Shown here piece after piece: positions 33,591-42,537 of a stretch of DNA of 43,774 nucleotides. The DNA comes from Methanomicrobiales archaeon (lineage in GTDB: Archaea; Halobacteriota; Methanomicrobia; Methanomicrobiales; JACTUA01). Numbering within the stretch: position 1 is the stretch's first letter; the number at the start of each line of letters is the position of its first letter. Below the pieces are notes generated by a model that was not told the DNA's origin, made no database searches, and saw nothing but the letters and a program-made list of their open reading frames with translations. The translations under genes were made by a program, and so were the position numbers. Where the stretch lies: the NCBI GenBank assembly GCA_035517575.1, contig DATIYO010000073.1, forward strand, positions 1 to 43,774, read 5' to 3'.

Positions 33591-35992
33591 CTGCCCGACG
33601 GCTGGTACTCCCGGAGCTTCTCGGCCATCTCCCTGAGGCGCTTGTCCACGAGGAAGTTCACCGTCCCCTCTTTAAAGGTGCCGTCCTTGCGCCGCTCGCC
33701 CGCGGGGACGCCGGTGAGGACCTCGATCCCCTCGTCGATGGACTTCACCGGGTAGATCCGGAACTTCCCCGCCTTCGCCGCCTCGACCATCTCCTCCTTG
33801 AGCATGAGGTTCTCGACGTTCGCCGCCGGTATCATCGCTCCCTGGGACCCGGTGAAGCCCTTCGCCTTGCAGACCTCGAAGAACCCCTCGAGCTTCTCGT
33901 TCACCCCGCCGATGGCCTGGACCTCGCCCTTCTGGTTCACCGAGCCCGTCACGGCGAGGTCCTGCCTGATGGGGAGACCCGCGAGGGCCGAGAGGATGGC
34001 GTAGAGCTCGGTCGAGGAGGCGCTGTCGCCGTCGATCCCGCCGTAGCTCTGCTCGAAGACGAGCCGTGCAGAGAGGCTGAGGGGCTTGTCCTGCGAGAAC
34101 TTCCCCGCGAGGTATCCCGAGAGGATCAGGACGCCCTTCGTGTGGGTCGGCCCGCCCATGGCGGCCTCGCGCTCGATGTCGATGACCCCGTCCCGGCCGA
34201 CGCCGATACTCGCCGTGACCCGGGAGGGCCGCCCGAACTCGAAGTCCCCGAGCCCCATGACCGAGAGCCCGTTCACCTGCCCGACCTTCGCGCCCGTGGT
34301 GTCGATGAGGTAGATGTCCCGCGCGATGAACTCCTGGATCTTCTGCTGGATCAGGTTCGAGCGGTAGATCTTCTCCTCGATGGCCTTCATGACGTGCGCG
34401 GCCGTCGTGTACTCCGACTTCTCCGCCGTGGCATAGAAGTTCGCCTCCCGGATGATGTCGGCCACGTTCGCGAACCGGGTCGAGAGCTTCTTCTGGTCCT
34501 CGGCGAGCCGGGAGCCGTACTCGATCACCTTTGCCACCGCCGTCGGGTCCAGGTGCCTCAGGTTGTACTTCCTGCAGAGCATGCAGATGAACCGGGCGTA
34601 CGTCCGGGAGTTCTCCTCGTTCCGGTCCATGACGACATCGAAGTCGGCCTTCACCTTGAAGAGGTCCTGGAAGTCGGGGTCCAGGCTGTAGAGGAGCTGG
34701 TTGATCTGGGGGGACCCGATGAGGACGAGCTTCAGGGAGAGGGGGATCGGCTGCGGCTTCAGACCCCGGGTGGAGATGAAGCCGAACCGCTCGCCCGGCT
34801 CCTCGATGATGACCTCGCCCGTCTTGAGGGTGGTCTTGATCCCGTCCCAGGAGAAGGGGTTCCGGAGCAGGTCCTCGACGGGGATGACCATGTACCCGCC
34901 GTTCGCCTTGAGGACCGAGCCGGAGTGGATCATGGTGAAGTCGGTCGAGACGATGCCGAACTGGACCTCCCGCTCCACCCTGCCGAAGAGGTTCTGGTAG
35001 GTCGGGTTCTGCTCGAAGACCACGGGCGCACCGTCGGCCTTCGCGTTGTCCACGACGACGTTCACCTCGTACTTCTTGAAGGGGAGCTCCTTCACGAAGG
35101 CCTGGAGCTGGGGCGGGATCTGCTGCTGCTGCTGCTGTTGCTGGGCGACCCCGAGGAACCCACCGAGGTTCTCCAGGATGTCGTTCTGGACGGCCTCGAT
35201 GTACTTCTGGATCTCGGGCAGGTCCTTGTACTTCCCCTTGAGATCCGAGATGGCGTGCCCGACGGCGAAGAGGGCGACCTCCCGGTTCAGCTTCTCCACC
35301 GCCTCGCCCCCCTTCGTGTCCAGGTCGCGCACCTGCCGGAAGGCGTTCCTCAGGTCGGTGTTCAGCTGCTCCATCCGCTTCTTGATCTCCTGCTGCTCGC
35401 TCTCGGGGAGGGCGGCGAACTCCTCGGGCGGGAGGGGCTTCCCGTCCACGACCGGGATGGTGAGGAGGCCGGCCGGGCTCATCTGGATGACGAAGCCCTT
35501 CTCCTGGGCGCTCTCCTGGATCTGGGAGAAGAGCTTCGCCTTCTCTTCCTCGATGGACTTCACGGTGTCCTGCTGCCGGGTCGCGTAGTCCTCGCTCTCG
35601 AAGGCCCGGGGGAGGGCCCGCCTCGCCTCGGCGATGAAGTCGGCCATGTCCCCCCTGAAGACCGCACCCTTCCCGGCCGGGAGCCGGATCGCGTCGGGCT
35701 CGTACTGGTTCGTGAAGTCGTTCACGTAGACCCAGTCGTCGGCCTTCGGCTTCCCCCGGGCGAGGCGCTCGAGGAAGTCCATGACGGCCGTCTTCCGGCC
35801 CGTCCCGTGGGCGCCGGAGACATAGATGTTGAAGCCATCCTCCCGGATCTCGAGGCCGAAGGTGAGGGCCCGGAGGGCACGCTCCTGGCCGACGATCTCA
35901 TCGAGTGGTTCCACGGTGTCAGAGGCGGGGCACGCCGTCTTCCCGGGGTCGAAGGCGTTCCGGAACTTCGGTATCGGCAGAGGCTCGATCAT
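33587..35992 (-). CDS. Lon-like protease (AAA32-type ATPase-like N-region plus Lon proteolytic domain)
   Basis: 801 aa. IVGQERALRALTFGLEIREDGFNIYVSGAHGTGRKT Walker A. C-terminal Lon domain GPTHTKGVLILSGYL, GGIDGDSASSTELYAILSAL (catalytic Ser), VTGSVNQKGEVQAIGGVNEK (Lys). No TM segment seen. Confidence 0.9.
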   Translation of the reverse strand: MIEPLPIPKFRNAFDPGKTACPASDTVEPLDEIVGQERALRALTFGLEIREDGFNIYVSGAHGTGRKTAVMDFLERLARGKPKADDWVYVNDFTNQYEPDAIRLPAGKGAVFRGDMADFIAEARRALPRAFESEDYATRQQDTVKSIEEEKAKLFSQIQESAQEKGFVIQMSPAGLLTIPVVDGKPLPPEEFAALPESEQQEIKKRMEQLNTDLRNAFRQVRDLDTKGGEAVEKLNREVALFAVGHAISDLKGKYKDLPEIQKYIEAVQNDILENLGGFLGVAQQQQQQQQIPPQLQAFVKELPFKKYEVNVVVDNAKADGAPVVFEQNPTYQNLFGRVEREVQFGIVSTDFTMIHSGSVLKANGGYMVIPVEDLLRNPFSWDGIKTTLKTGEVIIEEPGERFGFISTRGLKPQPIPLSLKLVLIGSPQINQLLYSLDPDFQDLFKVKADFDVVMDRNEENSRTYARFICMLCRKYNLRHLDPTAVAKVIEYGSRLAEDQKKLSTRFANVADIIREANFYATAEKSEYTTAAHVMKAIEEKIYRSNLIQQKIQEFIARDIYLIDTTGAKVGQVNGLSVMGLGDFEFGRPSRVTASIGVGRDGVIDIEREAAMGGPTHTKGVLILSGYLAGKFSQDKPLSLSARLVFEQSYGGIDGDSASSTELYAILSALAGLPIRQDLAVTGSVNQKGEVQAIGGVNEKLEGFFEVCKAKGFTGSQGAMIPAANVENLMLKEEMVEAAKAGKFRIYPVKSIDEGIEVLTGVPAGERRKDGTFKEGTVNFLVDKRLREMAEKLREYQPSGR
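35120..35143 (-). repeat. CAG/CAA trinucleotide run encoding Q8 inside the Lon-like gene
   Basis: Plus strand (CTG)6 TTG CTG. Translates to VAQQQQQQQQIPPQ. Confidence 0.9.
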
Positions 35993-36122
35993 GATATCAC
36001 CTGCTCTCCGGGAAATAAGAAACCCCGGCTCCTATAAGAACCCATCGCCACGTAGCACCCGGTGAGGGGTGGATGCCTCATTTTCCGGGAAAAGCCAGCA
36101 GGTTCATATAAGGGGCCGGGCC

Positions 36123-36617
36123 ATGCAGGCCCGGAACGAGGCTCCCCGGCTGTCGCCGGTGGGCCTTTTCGAGACGGTGGTGCTCGTGGCGCGACGGTTT
36201 GACGCATGCCTCAGGTCCGGGAACATCGGGAGGGTGCCGATCGATCCCGGGCTCGTCAGTACAGAGCTCCGGGAGGCGGAGAACGACCTGGAGATCGCGG
36301 GGACGTCCTTCAAGGGCGACAATGACAAGTGGGCGGTGAAGCAGTCGAACCGGGCCCTCCTCCATGTCTTCCGGGCCCTGATCCTCCTGAAGGGCTACGA
36401 GGCAAGGGGGGTCGACTGCCTGAAGTACGCGGTGGACGAGCTCTATGTCCGCGAGGGCGTGTTCGCCGCCTCGATCCTCGAGGACTTCGACTACGGGAGG
36501 GAGATCGCGAAGGGGAACGACTGCCTCTGCGTCTATGACCGGAACGAGATCGAGGAGCTCCTCGCATCCACGAGGGTCCTCCTGGAGAAGACGCAGGGGA
36601 TGGCGGAGAAGGGCTGA
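36123..36617 (+). CDS. HEPN-like domain protein
   Basis: Track ORF 36069..36617. The first ATG is 36123, but the TATA-like TTCATATAAGG at 36103 is only ~12 nt away, so a downstream GTG start is possible. LREAENDLEIAGTSF..DKWAVKQSNRALLHVFRALILLKGYEARG resembles the HEPN helix pattern. Confidence 0.5.
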   Translation: MQARNEAPRLSPVGLFETVVLVARRFDACLRSGNIGRVPIDPGLVSTELREAENDLEIAGTSFKGDNDKWAVKQSNRALLHVFRALILLKGYEARGVDCLKYAVDELYVREGVFAASILEDFDYGREIAKGNDCLCVYDRNEIEELLASTRVLLEKTQGMAEKG

Positions 36618-36638
36618 AGAATCGCGAGCCGGGTGAGG

Positions 36639-37022
36639 TCAGGGCGGCGAGGCAGGGCAGGCCCAGGGTCCGTACCGCCCGATCCCCCACTCCCAGGTGT
36701 TCGTGTCCCTGCAGACGGCGGGCTTCGTCGGGTGGATGCCGCAGAGGAACCGCCCGTCCCTGGCATCGACGAGGAACGGGCAGGCATCGAGGAGCCTCCC
36801 CGTCGCCGGATCGGCCCAGCCTTTCGCGGGCTCCATCGCCGCGAGCTCCTCTGCCCCGAGATCGGCGGCGGTCCGCACGGTGCCGTCCGGGTTCCGCCCC
36901 GCAGCGACGTAGCGGAGGATGTCCCGCCTCCCCTCCCCGTGCCACCTGAGCAGGTCGGGGGCCTTCGCCCAGTGGAACCCGCGGTACTGCCGGCAGCACC
37001 ACCCGCACTGGATGCAGGTCAT
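36639..37022 (-). CDS. YkgJ-family cysteine-cluster (CxxCxxCC) protein
   Basis: 127 aa, starts MTCIQCGWCCRQY. Second cluster ACPFLV...FLCGIHPTKPAVCR. Confidence 0.8.
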   Translation of the reverse strand: MTCIQCGWCCRQYRGFHWAKAPDLLRWHGEGRRDILRYVAAGRNPDGTVRTAADLGAEELAAMEPAKGWADPATGRLLDACPFLVDARDGRFLCGIHPTKPAVCRDTNTWEWGIGRYGPWACPASPP

Positions 37023-37077
37023 GGTGCAGGTACCTCAGGCAGGATATGAGAAATGCCCTTCGCTCTGCCTCGCGTTC

Positions 37078-37638
37078 TCAGTACCACACCCGGTCCATCG
37101 CCACACGCCCTTCCTCCCGGAACCGAACCCCCTCGAGCTCGAGCAGCCTCCGCTTCATGGCAGGCCCTCCCTGGAACCCGCCAAGGCTCCCGTCTGACCG
37201 CAGGGCCCGGTGACAGGGGATGACGACGGGGAACGGGTTCCTCGCGAGGGCGTTCCCCACGGCGCGTCCCGCTCCGGGTTTCCCGAGATGGCCCGCGATG
37301 CGGCCGTACGTCGAGACGTACCCCCTCGGGATCGCCTGCTCGGCGAGGAGCACCGGCCGCTGGAAGGGCGGGCACCGGTCCAGGTCGAGGAGGCGAAGGT
37401 CGAATTTCACGTCCTTTCCTTCGAGGAAGGACCGGATCCCCTCGGCAAGAGCCCCGATCCGTCCGTCTGAAATTTCCCGGACAGGGACTTCACCCGTTTT
37501 TGGATCCCCGAACCGGCTGTCGCCGGGCAGCACGATCCTCTGCACCTTCGGCCCCGACGGGACCGGCACCCAGACGAGGCGGACCGTCCCGAAGGCCGTC
37601 GGGATTTCCGAGGTGACCGGCGCGGGGTTTTCGTCCAT
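37078..37638 (-). CDS. ogt: methylated-DNA--protein-cysteine methyltransferase
   Basis: Track ORF (which runs through the tRNA) trimmed to ATG 37638. YVSTYGRIAGHLGKPGAGRAVGNALARNPFPVVIPCHRALRSDGSLGGF with the PCHR active site. Confidence 0.9.
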   Translation of the reverse strand: MDENPAPVTSEIPTAFGTVRLVWVPVPSGPKVQRIVLPGDSRFGDPKTGEVPVREISDGRIGALAEGIRSFLEGKDVKFDLRLLDLDRCPPFQRPVLLAEQAIPRGYVSTYGRIAGHLGKPGAGRAVGNALARNPFPVVIPCHRALRSDGSLGGFQGGPAMKRRLLELEGVRFREEGRVAMDRVWY

Positions 37639-37666
37639 GGCCTTCCTGAAAAGAGGGCGTTCCCAG

Positions 37667-37740
37667 TGGGCCCGCTGAGATTCGAACTCAGGATCTTCGC
37701 CGTGTGAAGGCGACGTCATAGCCGACTAGACCACGAGCCC
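37667..37740 (-). tRNA. tRNA-Val (anticodon CAC)
   Basis: Minus strand GGGCTCG TG GTCTAGTCGGCTATGAC G TCGCC TTCACAC GGCGA AGATC CTGAG TTCGAAT CTCAG CGGGCCC A. Cloverleaf folds by hand. No encoded CCA. Confidence 0.9.
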
Positions 37741-37742
37741 CA

Positions 37743-37813
37743 TGCATCGACCGGGATTCGAACCCGGGCTATTGGCTTGGAAGGCCAATATCATGCCTCT
37801 AGATCATCGATGC
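37743..37813 (-). tRNA. tRNA-Gly (anticodon UCC)
   Basis: Minus strand GCATCGA TG ATCTAGAGGCATGAT A TTGGC CTTCCAA GCCAA TAGC CCGGG TTCGAAT CCCGG TCGATGC A. Only a 2-nt spacer to tRNA-Val. Confidence 0.9.
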
Positions 37814-37843
37814 AGCATCCCATGAATATTCCCCTGAAAGTCT

Positions 37844-39256
37844 TTAGCCTTTCCCTGCCCGCCGTCGGCGGGAGGGGCGGATCCGGGCAATGGCCTCGAA
37901 GTAGCGGAGGAACATCCGGACCCCCCCCGAGGCCTGCCCCCAGTCGAAGTGCTCGTTCCGGGAGTGGTAACCGTGGGATGGAAGGGAGAGGCCGAGGAAG
38001 CTGATGGGGACCCGGAGGATCCGGTCCATCGCGACGACGGCGCCGATGGACCCCCCTTCCCGGGTGAAGACCGGCTCCCTCCCGAAGGCGGCCTGCATCG
38101 CCGAGCGGGCGGCCCTGGCATGGGGCCCCTGGTGGTCGCCGAGGTACGGCTTCAGGGCGGGGGCGAAGGTCACCCGTACGTCGGGGTTCTGCCGCGCAAC
38201 AAACTGCCGGAAGAGACGGGCGATGCGGGCCGGGTCCTGGCCGGGAACGAGGCGCATCGAGACCCTCGCCCCTGCCCGGTGCGGGACGATGGCCTTTGCC
38301 CCGGGGCCGGTGTAGCCGCCCGTGATCCCGTGGACCTCGAAGGTCGGGGAGAGGGAGAACGCCTCCACCGCGTCGGGGCCGGTCCGGATGTTCCGGCGGA
38401 TCGACTCGAGCCCGAGGTCCCTCGCGAACCCCTCCCTCGTGAACCCCGACGCGGCGACGAACCGCCGGAGCTCCCGTCGGTCGGCCGCGGGGATCCCGTC
38501 GTAGAACCCCGGGATCTTCACCTCTCCCGTCGGTGCGTCGCAGCAGGCCGCGAGGAGCGCGGCGAGCTCGAGGAGGGGGTTCCGGGCCACCCCTCCCGCC
38601 ACCCCCGAGTGGACGTCGGCCTTCGCGGTCTCGAGGGAGAGGGTCGCGGGGAGGAGCCCCCTGAGGCCGTACGGGATCGAGGGCGTCCCGCGGGCGACCC
38701 AGATGGTGTCAGAGACGAGGACCGAGTCCGCTCCGATGGACCCCCGCCTCTCCTTCAGGAACCCGGCGAAGTGGGGGCTCCCGATCTCCTCCTCGAGCTC
38801 CCAGAGGAACTGGAAGTTGAGGGGGATCCCCGCGTCCCGCGCGAGGCCGGCGGCGGTCATGGCGGCGAGCGCCGGCCCCTTGTCGTCGGTGGCTCCCCGG
38901 CCGTAGTACTTCCCCTTCGAGATGGTGAGGGTGAAGGGGTCGGAGCTCCACTCGGCCGGATCCGCGGGCTGTACGTCCAGGTGGTTGTAGATAGCCACGG
39001 TGGGATTCCCCTGATCCGTGACAAGGGATCCATGGACGACCGGGTGCCCCGCGGTGGGGACGATCCGGGCGACGGCACCCGTCCTCCTGAGGAGTCCCGC
39101 CGCTTCCTCCGCGCACCTCCTCACGTCGGGTGCCCGGTCCGGCTCCGAGCTCACGCTCGGTATACCGACAAGGAGCGCGAGGTCCTCCTCGTACTGCCGC
39201 CGGAGGTCCCGTATCGCACCGTGAGAAGGAAGGGCAGGAGGCGGGGTCTTGCTCAT
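37844..39256 (-). CDS. M20-family metallopeptidase (dipeptidase-like)
   Basis: Track ORF trimmed to ATG 39256 (MSKTPPPALPSHG). IYNHLDVQPA, YGRGATDDKGP, EEEIGSP, HSRNEHF. Confidence 0.88.
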   Translation of the reverse strand: MSKTPPPALPSHGAIRDLRRQYEEDLALLVGIPSVSSEPDRAPDVRRCAEEAAGLLRRTGAVARIVPTAGHPVVHGSLVTDQGNPTVAIYNHLDVQPADPAEWSSDPFTLTISKGKYYGRGATDDKGPALAAMTAAGLARDAGIPLNFQFLWELEEEIGSPHFAGFLKERRGSIGADSVLVSDTIWVARGTPSIPYGLRGLLPATLSLETAKADVHSGVAGGVARNPLLELAALLAACCDAPTGEVKIPGFYDGIPAADRRELRRFVAASGFTREGFARDLGLESIRRNIRTGPDAVEAFSLSPTFEVHGITGGYTGPGAKAIVPHRAGARVSMRLVPGQDPARIARLFRQFVARQNPDVRVTFAPALKPYLGDHQGPHARAARSAMQAAFGREPVFTREGGSIGAVVAMDRILRVPISFLGLSLPSHGYHSRNEHFDWGQASGGVRMFLRYFEAIARIRPSRRRRAGKG

Positions 39257-39305
39257 GGAACCATCACCGGAGATAGCCCGGGCGTATGATAAGGCTTGCC
39301 GGAGG

Positions 39306-40280
39306 TCATCCGGGCAGGAGGGAACCGATGGGGGTATCGTACCCCCGGGCGAGGACCGATGCCCCCCAGAGGGGCGCAAGCCCGTCGAGGGCGGTGACCC
39401 GGATATCCGGCGTCGGGAGGAACCGGTCGATGCAGGGGAGGAGGTTGCCGAGGACCAGGTCCCGGTTCCTGAGGACGACCGAGCCGTCGAGGACGATGCG
39501 GGAGGGGTCGTACGCCACTATCACGTCGGAGATCCCCCGCCCGTTGATCTCGCCGAGGGCCTTCATGAACCCGAGGGCCGCGGGGTGTCCCCGCCCGGCC
39601 GCGGCGAAGATACCGGCCGCGGAGGAGCGATCGATCCCGGCCGGATCGTGCCCCCCGGACTCGCACCACCGGTCGAAGAACCGGGGGATGAACCGGCCCG
39701 AGGCGTACCCCTCCCAGTGGCCGGTCCCCCCGCAGCCGCAGGGGAGGTTCCAGGTGCTGTCGACGTGGAAGTGCCCGATCTCGGCGGCGTTCCCGTCCCT
39801 CCCCAGGACGAGGGCCCCGTTGCAGACGATGCCGCCCCCGATCCCCGTCGAGAGGGTGACGTACGCCAGGTCCCGGCAGCCCGCGCCCGCCCCGAAGACG
39901 GCCTCCCCGAGGACCCCCGCATGGCAGTCGTTCGCGAGCCGCACGGGGAGGCCGAACTCCGCCCCCAGGGGCCCCCCGAGGGGGACCTCAGGGAAGGGGA
40001 GGTTCGGGGGCCTGACCAGGGATCCCTTCCGGTGATCGATCGGTCCCGCGGCCGAGACCCCGATGGCGACCGGCGAGATCTCTCCATGGGCGGAGAGCAG
40101 GTTCCGGATGAGGGAGGAGAGGTGCCCGGTGACCTCCCCGGCCGAGTCCCCCGAAGCCGGCGTGGGGGAGGCGACCCGGTCGAGGATCACCCCGCCGGGG
40201 CCGAACAGGGCGACCCGGGTGGTGGTGGCCCCCAGGTCCACGGCAATGACGGGACGGTCCTCCTCCCCCGCTGGTGGCAT
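39306..40280 (-). CDS. ROK-family sugar kinase (glucokinase-like)
   Basis: 324 aa: VIAVDLGATTTRVAL, LANDCHAGVLGE, STGIGGGIV. CGCGGTGHWEGYASG zinc motif. Confidence 0.9.
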   Translation of the reverse strand: MPPAGEEDRPVIAVDLGATTTRVALFGPGGVILDRVASPTPASGDSAGEVTGHLSSLIRNLLSAHGEISPVAIGVSAAGPIDHRKGSLVRPPNLPFPEVPLGGPLGAEFGLPVRLANDCHAGVLGEAVFGAGAGCRDLAYVTLSTGIGGGIVCNGALVLGRDGNAAEIGHFHVDSTWNLPCGCGGTGHWEGYASGRFIPRFFDRWCESGGHDPAGIDRSSAAGIFAAAGRGHPAALGFMKALGEINGRGISDVIVAYDPSRIVLDGSVVLRNRDLVLGNLLPCIDRFLPTPDIRVTALDGLAPLWGASVLARGYDTPIGSLLPG

Positions 40281-40318
40281 CCGTCACCTGGAAAAGTGGG
40301 ATCCGGGTGGGGCCGGGT

Positions 40319-41200
40319 TCAGGTCCCCGACGCGAGCTCGGCCTCGATCTGCTGCAGGGCGGCGACCCGCTTCTCGAGGGGCGGGTGGGTGGAGAAGAGC
40401 TCCATGATGCTCCGGCCCGAGAGGGCAGGGATGATGAAGAACATGTTCGCCCCCTGGACCGCCTGCTTCTGCGGGGGCGGGACATAGTCCATCCGGTTGC
40501 TGATCTTCTCGAGGGCGGAGATCAGGTCCTCGGGCCTCCTCGTGATGAGGGCGCTCCCGCGGTCGGCGGCGAACTCCCGGTACCGGGAGAGGGCCCGGAT
40601 GAGGAGCGTCGAGATGAGCCAGACGATGATCGCGACCACCCAGGCGATGAGCCAGGGGTTCCCCTGGTCCCTGCGGCCCGTCATCGAGAAGAGCCAGGCG
40701 TTCTGCATGATGATGGCCGCGACCATCGCGAGGAAGGAGGCGATGGTGAGGGTGAGGACGTCCCGGTTCTTCACGTGGGACATCTCGTGGGCAAGGACCG
40801 CCTCGAGCTCCTTCGGGGAGAGGAGCCTGAGGATGGAGTCGGTCACCGCGACGACGGCATGGCTCGGGCTCCGGCCGGTGGCGAAGGCGTTCGGGACCGG
40901 GGTCTGGACGATGGCGATTCTCGGCATCGGGAGCTCCACCTCGGCCGCGAGCCGGGCGACGATGGCATGGAGCTCGGGGTACTCCTGCTCACCCACGATG
41001 CGCGCCTTCGTGGTCCAGAGGACGAGTTTGTCGGAGAAGAAGTACTGGACGAAGGCGAGGCCGCCCGCAACGAGGATGAGGCCCCCGACCCCCACCCCGA
41101 GGGCCGAGAGCACCGTGATGAAGATGAGGTACACGATGAGGAGGAGGAACATCGTGAACCAGACCCGCATCGTGAGCCCGAAGTCGCGCTTCCACTGCAT
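40319..41200 (-). CDS. htpX: zinc metalloprotease HtpX
   Basis: Track ORF trimmed to ATG 41200 (MQWKRDFGLTMRVWFTMFLLL). NAFATG, LAHEMSHVKNRD (HExxH), REFAADRGSA, STHPPLEKR. Confidence 0.92.
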   Translation of the reverse strand: MQWKRDFGLTMRVWFTMFLLLIVYLIFITVLSALGVGVGGLILVAGGLAFVQYFFSDKLVLWTTKARIVGEQEYPELHAIVARLAAEVELPMPRIAIVQTPVPNAFATGRSPSHAVVAVTDSILRLLSPKELEAVLAHEMSHVKNRDVLTLTIASFLAMVAAIIMQNAWLFSMTGRRDQGNPWLIAWVVAIIVWLISTLLIRALSRYREFAADRGSALITRRPEDLISALEKISNRMDYVPPPQKQAVQGANMFFIIPALSGRSIMELFSTHPPLEKRVAALQQIEAELASGT

Positions 41201-41482
41201 GGTATTCCTATGATAGGAGAATCCACCTCTTAAGACCTTCGACCGTGGGCAATTCGGGGCATTCCTGGGCCAGATAACGCCAAATCGGGCCGATTCCGCG
41301 ACCTGCAACGGACAGGATCCTCCGGGTCGATCCATCGATCCCCTGCGGCGCCCACATCGCCGGGGATGGCCGTGCCCGCATCCTGGCACCCACCGTTCAC
41401 AGCATCCCTCCGGGAACGAATCGCGGGGCAGGGCAGGGTGACGCCGTTCTCTCCGTGGAAGGGCAATGGTTTTTACCGAAGG

Positions 41483-41498
41483 CGATCCGATCGGATCG
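41483..41498. promoter_or_regulatory. perfect 16-nt palindrome abutting the start codon of the next gene
   Basis: CGATCCGATCGGATCG at 41483..41498, between the TATA-like GGTTTTTACC (41468..41477) and ATG 41500. Confidence 0.35.
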
Positions 41499-41499
41499 T

Positions 41500-42189
41500 A
41501 TGGGTGAACCGGAGGAGCGAACGGGGGAGCAGCCGGAGGAGGAGGAGCAGGAGGAGAAGGACCTCGCCGACGTGGCCTACGGCCTCTTCGAGATCCTCCT
41601 GAACCGGATGCTCCGGGAGCAGGGCCGCTCCCTCTTCGGGCTCGTGGAGGCGGGCACCGACTTCCGGGAGGACTTCGCCGCCGTCTTTGCCCGGTTCGCC
41701 ACGGACTACCCGGCCCTCGGCGAGGCCCTCACCGCCCGGTTCGGGTCCCTCGACGCCCTCTACCGGCTGCTCCACGAGGGGGAGGGGGTGGTCCCGACGA
41801 AGACCACCCTCATGTACTGGATCGTCCAGGACGCCCCGGGGACCGGCACCGGCGCGGTGGACGACGAGCTCGCCGGCAAGTGGCTCATCTTCCGCGAGGG
41901 GGACCGGGTCGACGGGCTCTGGAAGGACGTCAGGAACGCGACGGCGGCGGGGGAGCTCGGGATCTCCGCGAAGGTATCGACGGCGAAGCCGAACCCCGAG
42001 TCCCGCGACGAGCGGAAGGTCATCTACGTCTACACGAGGGACTGGGCCGACGAGGCCGACGTGATGCGGGTCCGCGAGCGGCTCAGGGGGATGGGGGTCA
42101 TCGAGCGGATCGGGTACAAGCGGAACATCGAGACCTTCGCCGGCGAGTACTCGGAGAAGGGGAAGAAGGTCACGTACTACTCAGTGTGA
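41500..42189 (+). CDS. protein with acidic N-terminus and C-terminal DUF1917 / Bles03-like (putative phosphothreonine-lyase-like) domain
   Basis: Track ORF trimmed to ATG 41500. EEEEQEEK acidic tract. C-terminal GKWLIFREGDRVDGLWKDVRNATAAGELGISAKVSTAKPN...KVIYVYTRDWADEADVMRVRERLRGMGV..IGYKRNIETFAGEY. Family recalled from memory. Confidence 0.6.
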   Translation: MGEPEERTGEQPEEEEQEEKDLADVAYGLFEILLNRMLREQGRSLFGLVEAGTDFREDFAAVFARFATDYPALGEALTARFGSLDALYRLLHEGEGVVPTKTTLMYWIVQDAPGTGTGAVDDELAGKWLIFREGDRVDGLWKDVRNATAAGELGISAKVSTAKPNPESRDERKVIYVYTRDWADEADVMRVRERLRGMGVIERIGYKRNIETFAGEYSEKGKKVTYYSV

Positions 42190-42271
42190 CACCGAGTGTA
42201 ACACCGGAGAGCGCAGACAAAGGATCTGATTCTAGAGCGGAAAAAGGAAAGGCTGATAAATAAAAATTTTT

Positions 42272-42418
42272 TCAGTCCTTCCGTTCCTTGTTCTTCGGGC
42301 GCAGGTGCGTGTAGTTGCACTTGCGGCAGTGGGTGGCGCGGGGGGCGTTCCTTGCATTGCAGCGCATGCAGATCTGCACATTCAGGAGACGCGCCTCCGC
42401 CTCGGGAAACCGTGCCAT
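42272..42418 (-). CDS. rpl40e: 50S ribosomal protein L40e
   Basis: Trimmed to ATG 42418 with a [57 protein letters not shown]. Confidence 0.93.
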   Translation of the reverse strand: MARFPEAEARLLNVQICMRCNARNAPRATHCRKCNYTHLRPKNKERKD

Positions 42419-42537
42419 GACTTGAGATCCTCCTCGTTCAGCCTGTAATAAATGGTGGCCGGCGGTCATAAGGGTTATGCCGGCAGGGTGCCGGTCGATG
42501 GCTCAATTCGGAGCATCATTCTCCATCTGATAACATT

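Noticed and set aside
35120-35143. The CTG/CAG trinucleotide run as a phase-variation (contingency) switch
   Set aside because: The unit is a trinucleotide, so slippage keeps the reading frame and only changes poly-Q length. It is interrupted by a TTG/CAA unit. It is recorded as a repeat only.
41240-41460. SRP (7S) RNA or another known structured RNA in the long htpX-upstream spacer
   Set aside because: Strings such as GGTGCCAGG (minus strand) and GTGGAAGGGCA vaguely recall SRP helix motifs. I could not assemble the conserved helix 5/8 architecture or a GNAR tetraloop context, and the length and ends are undefined.
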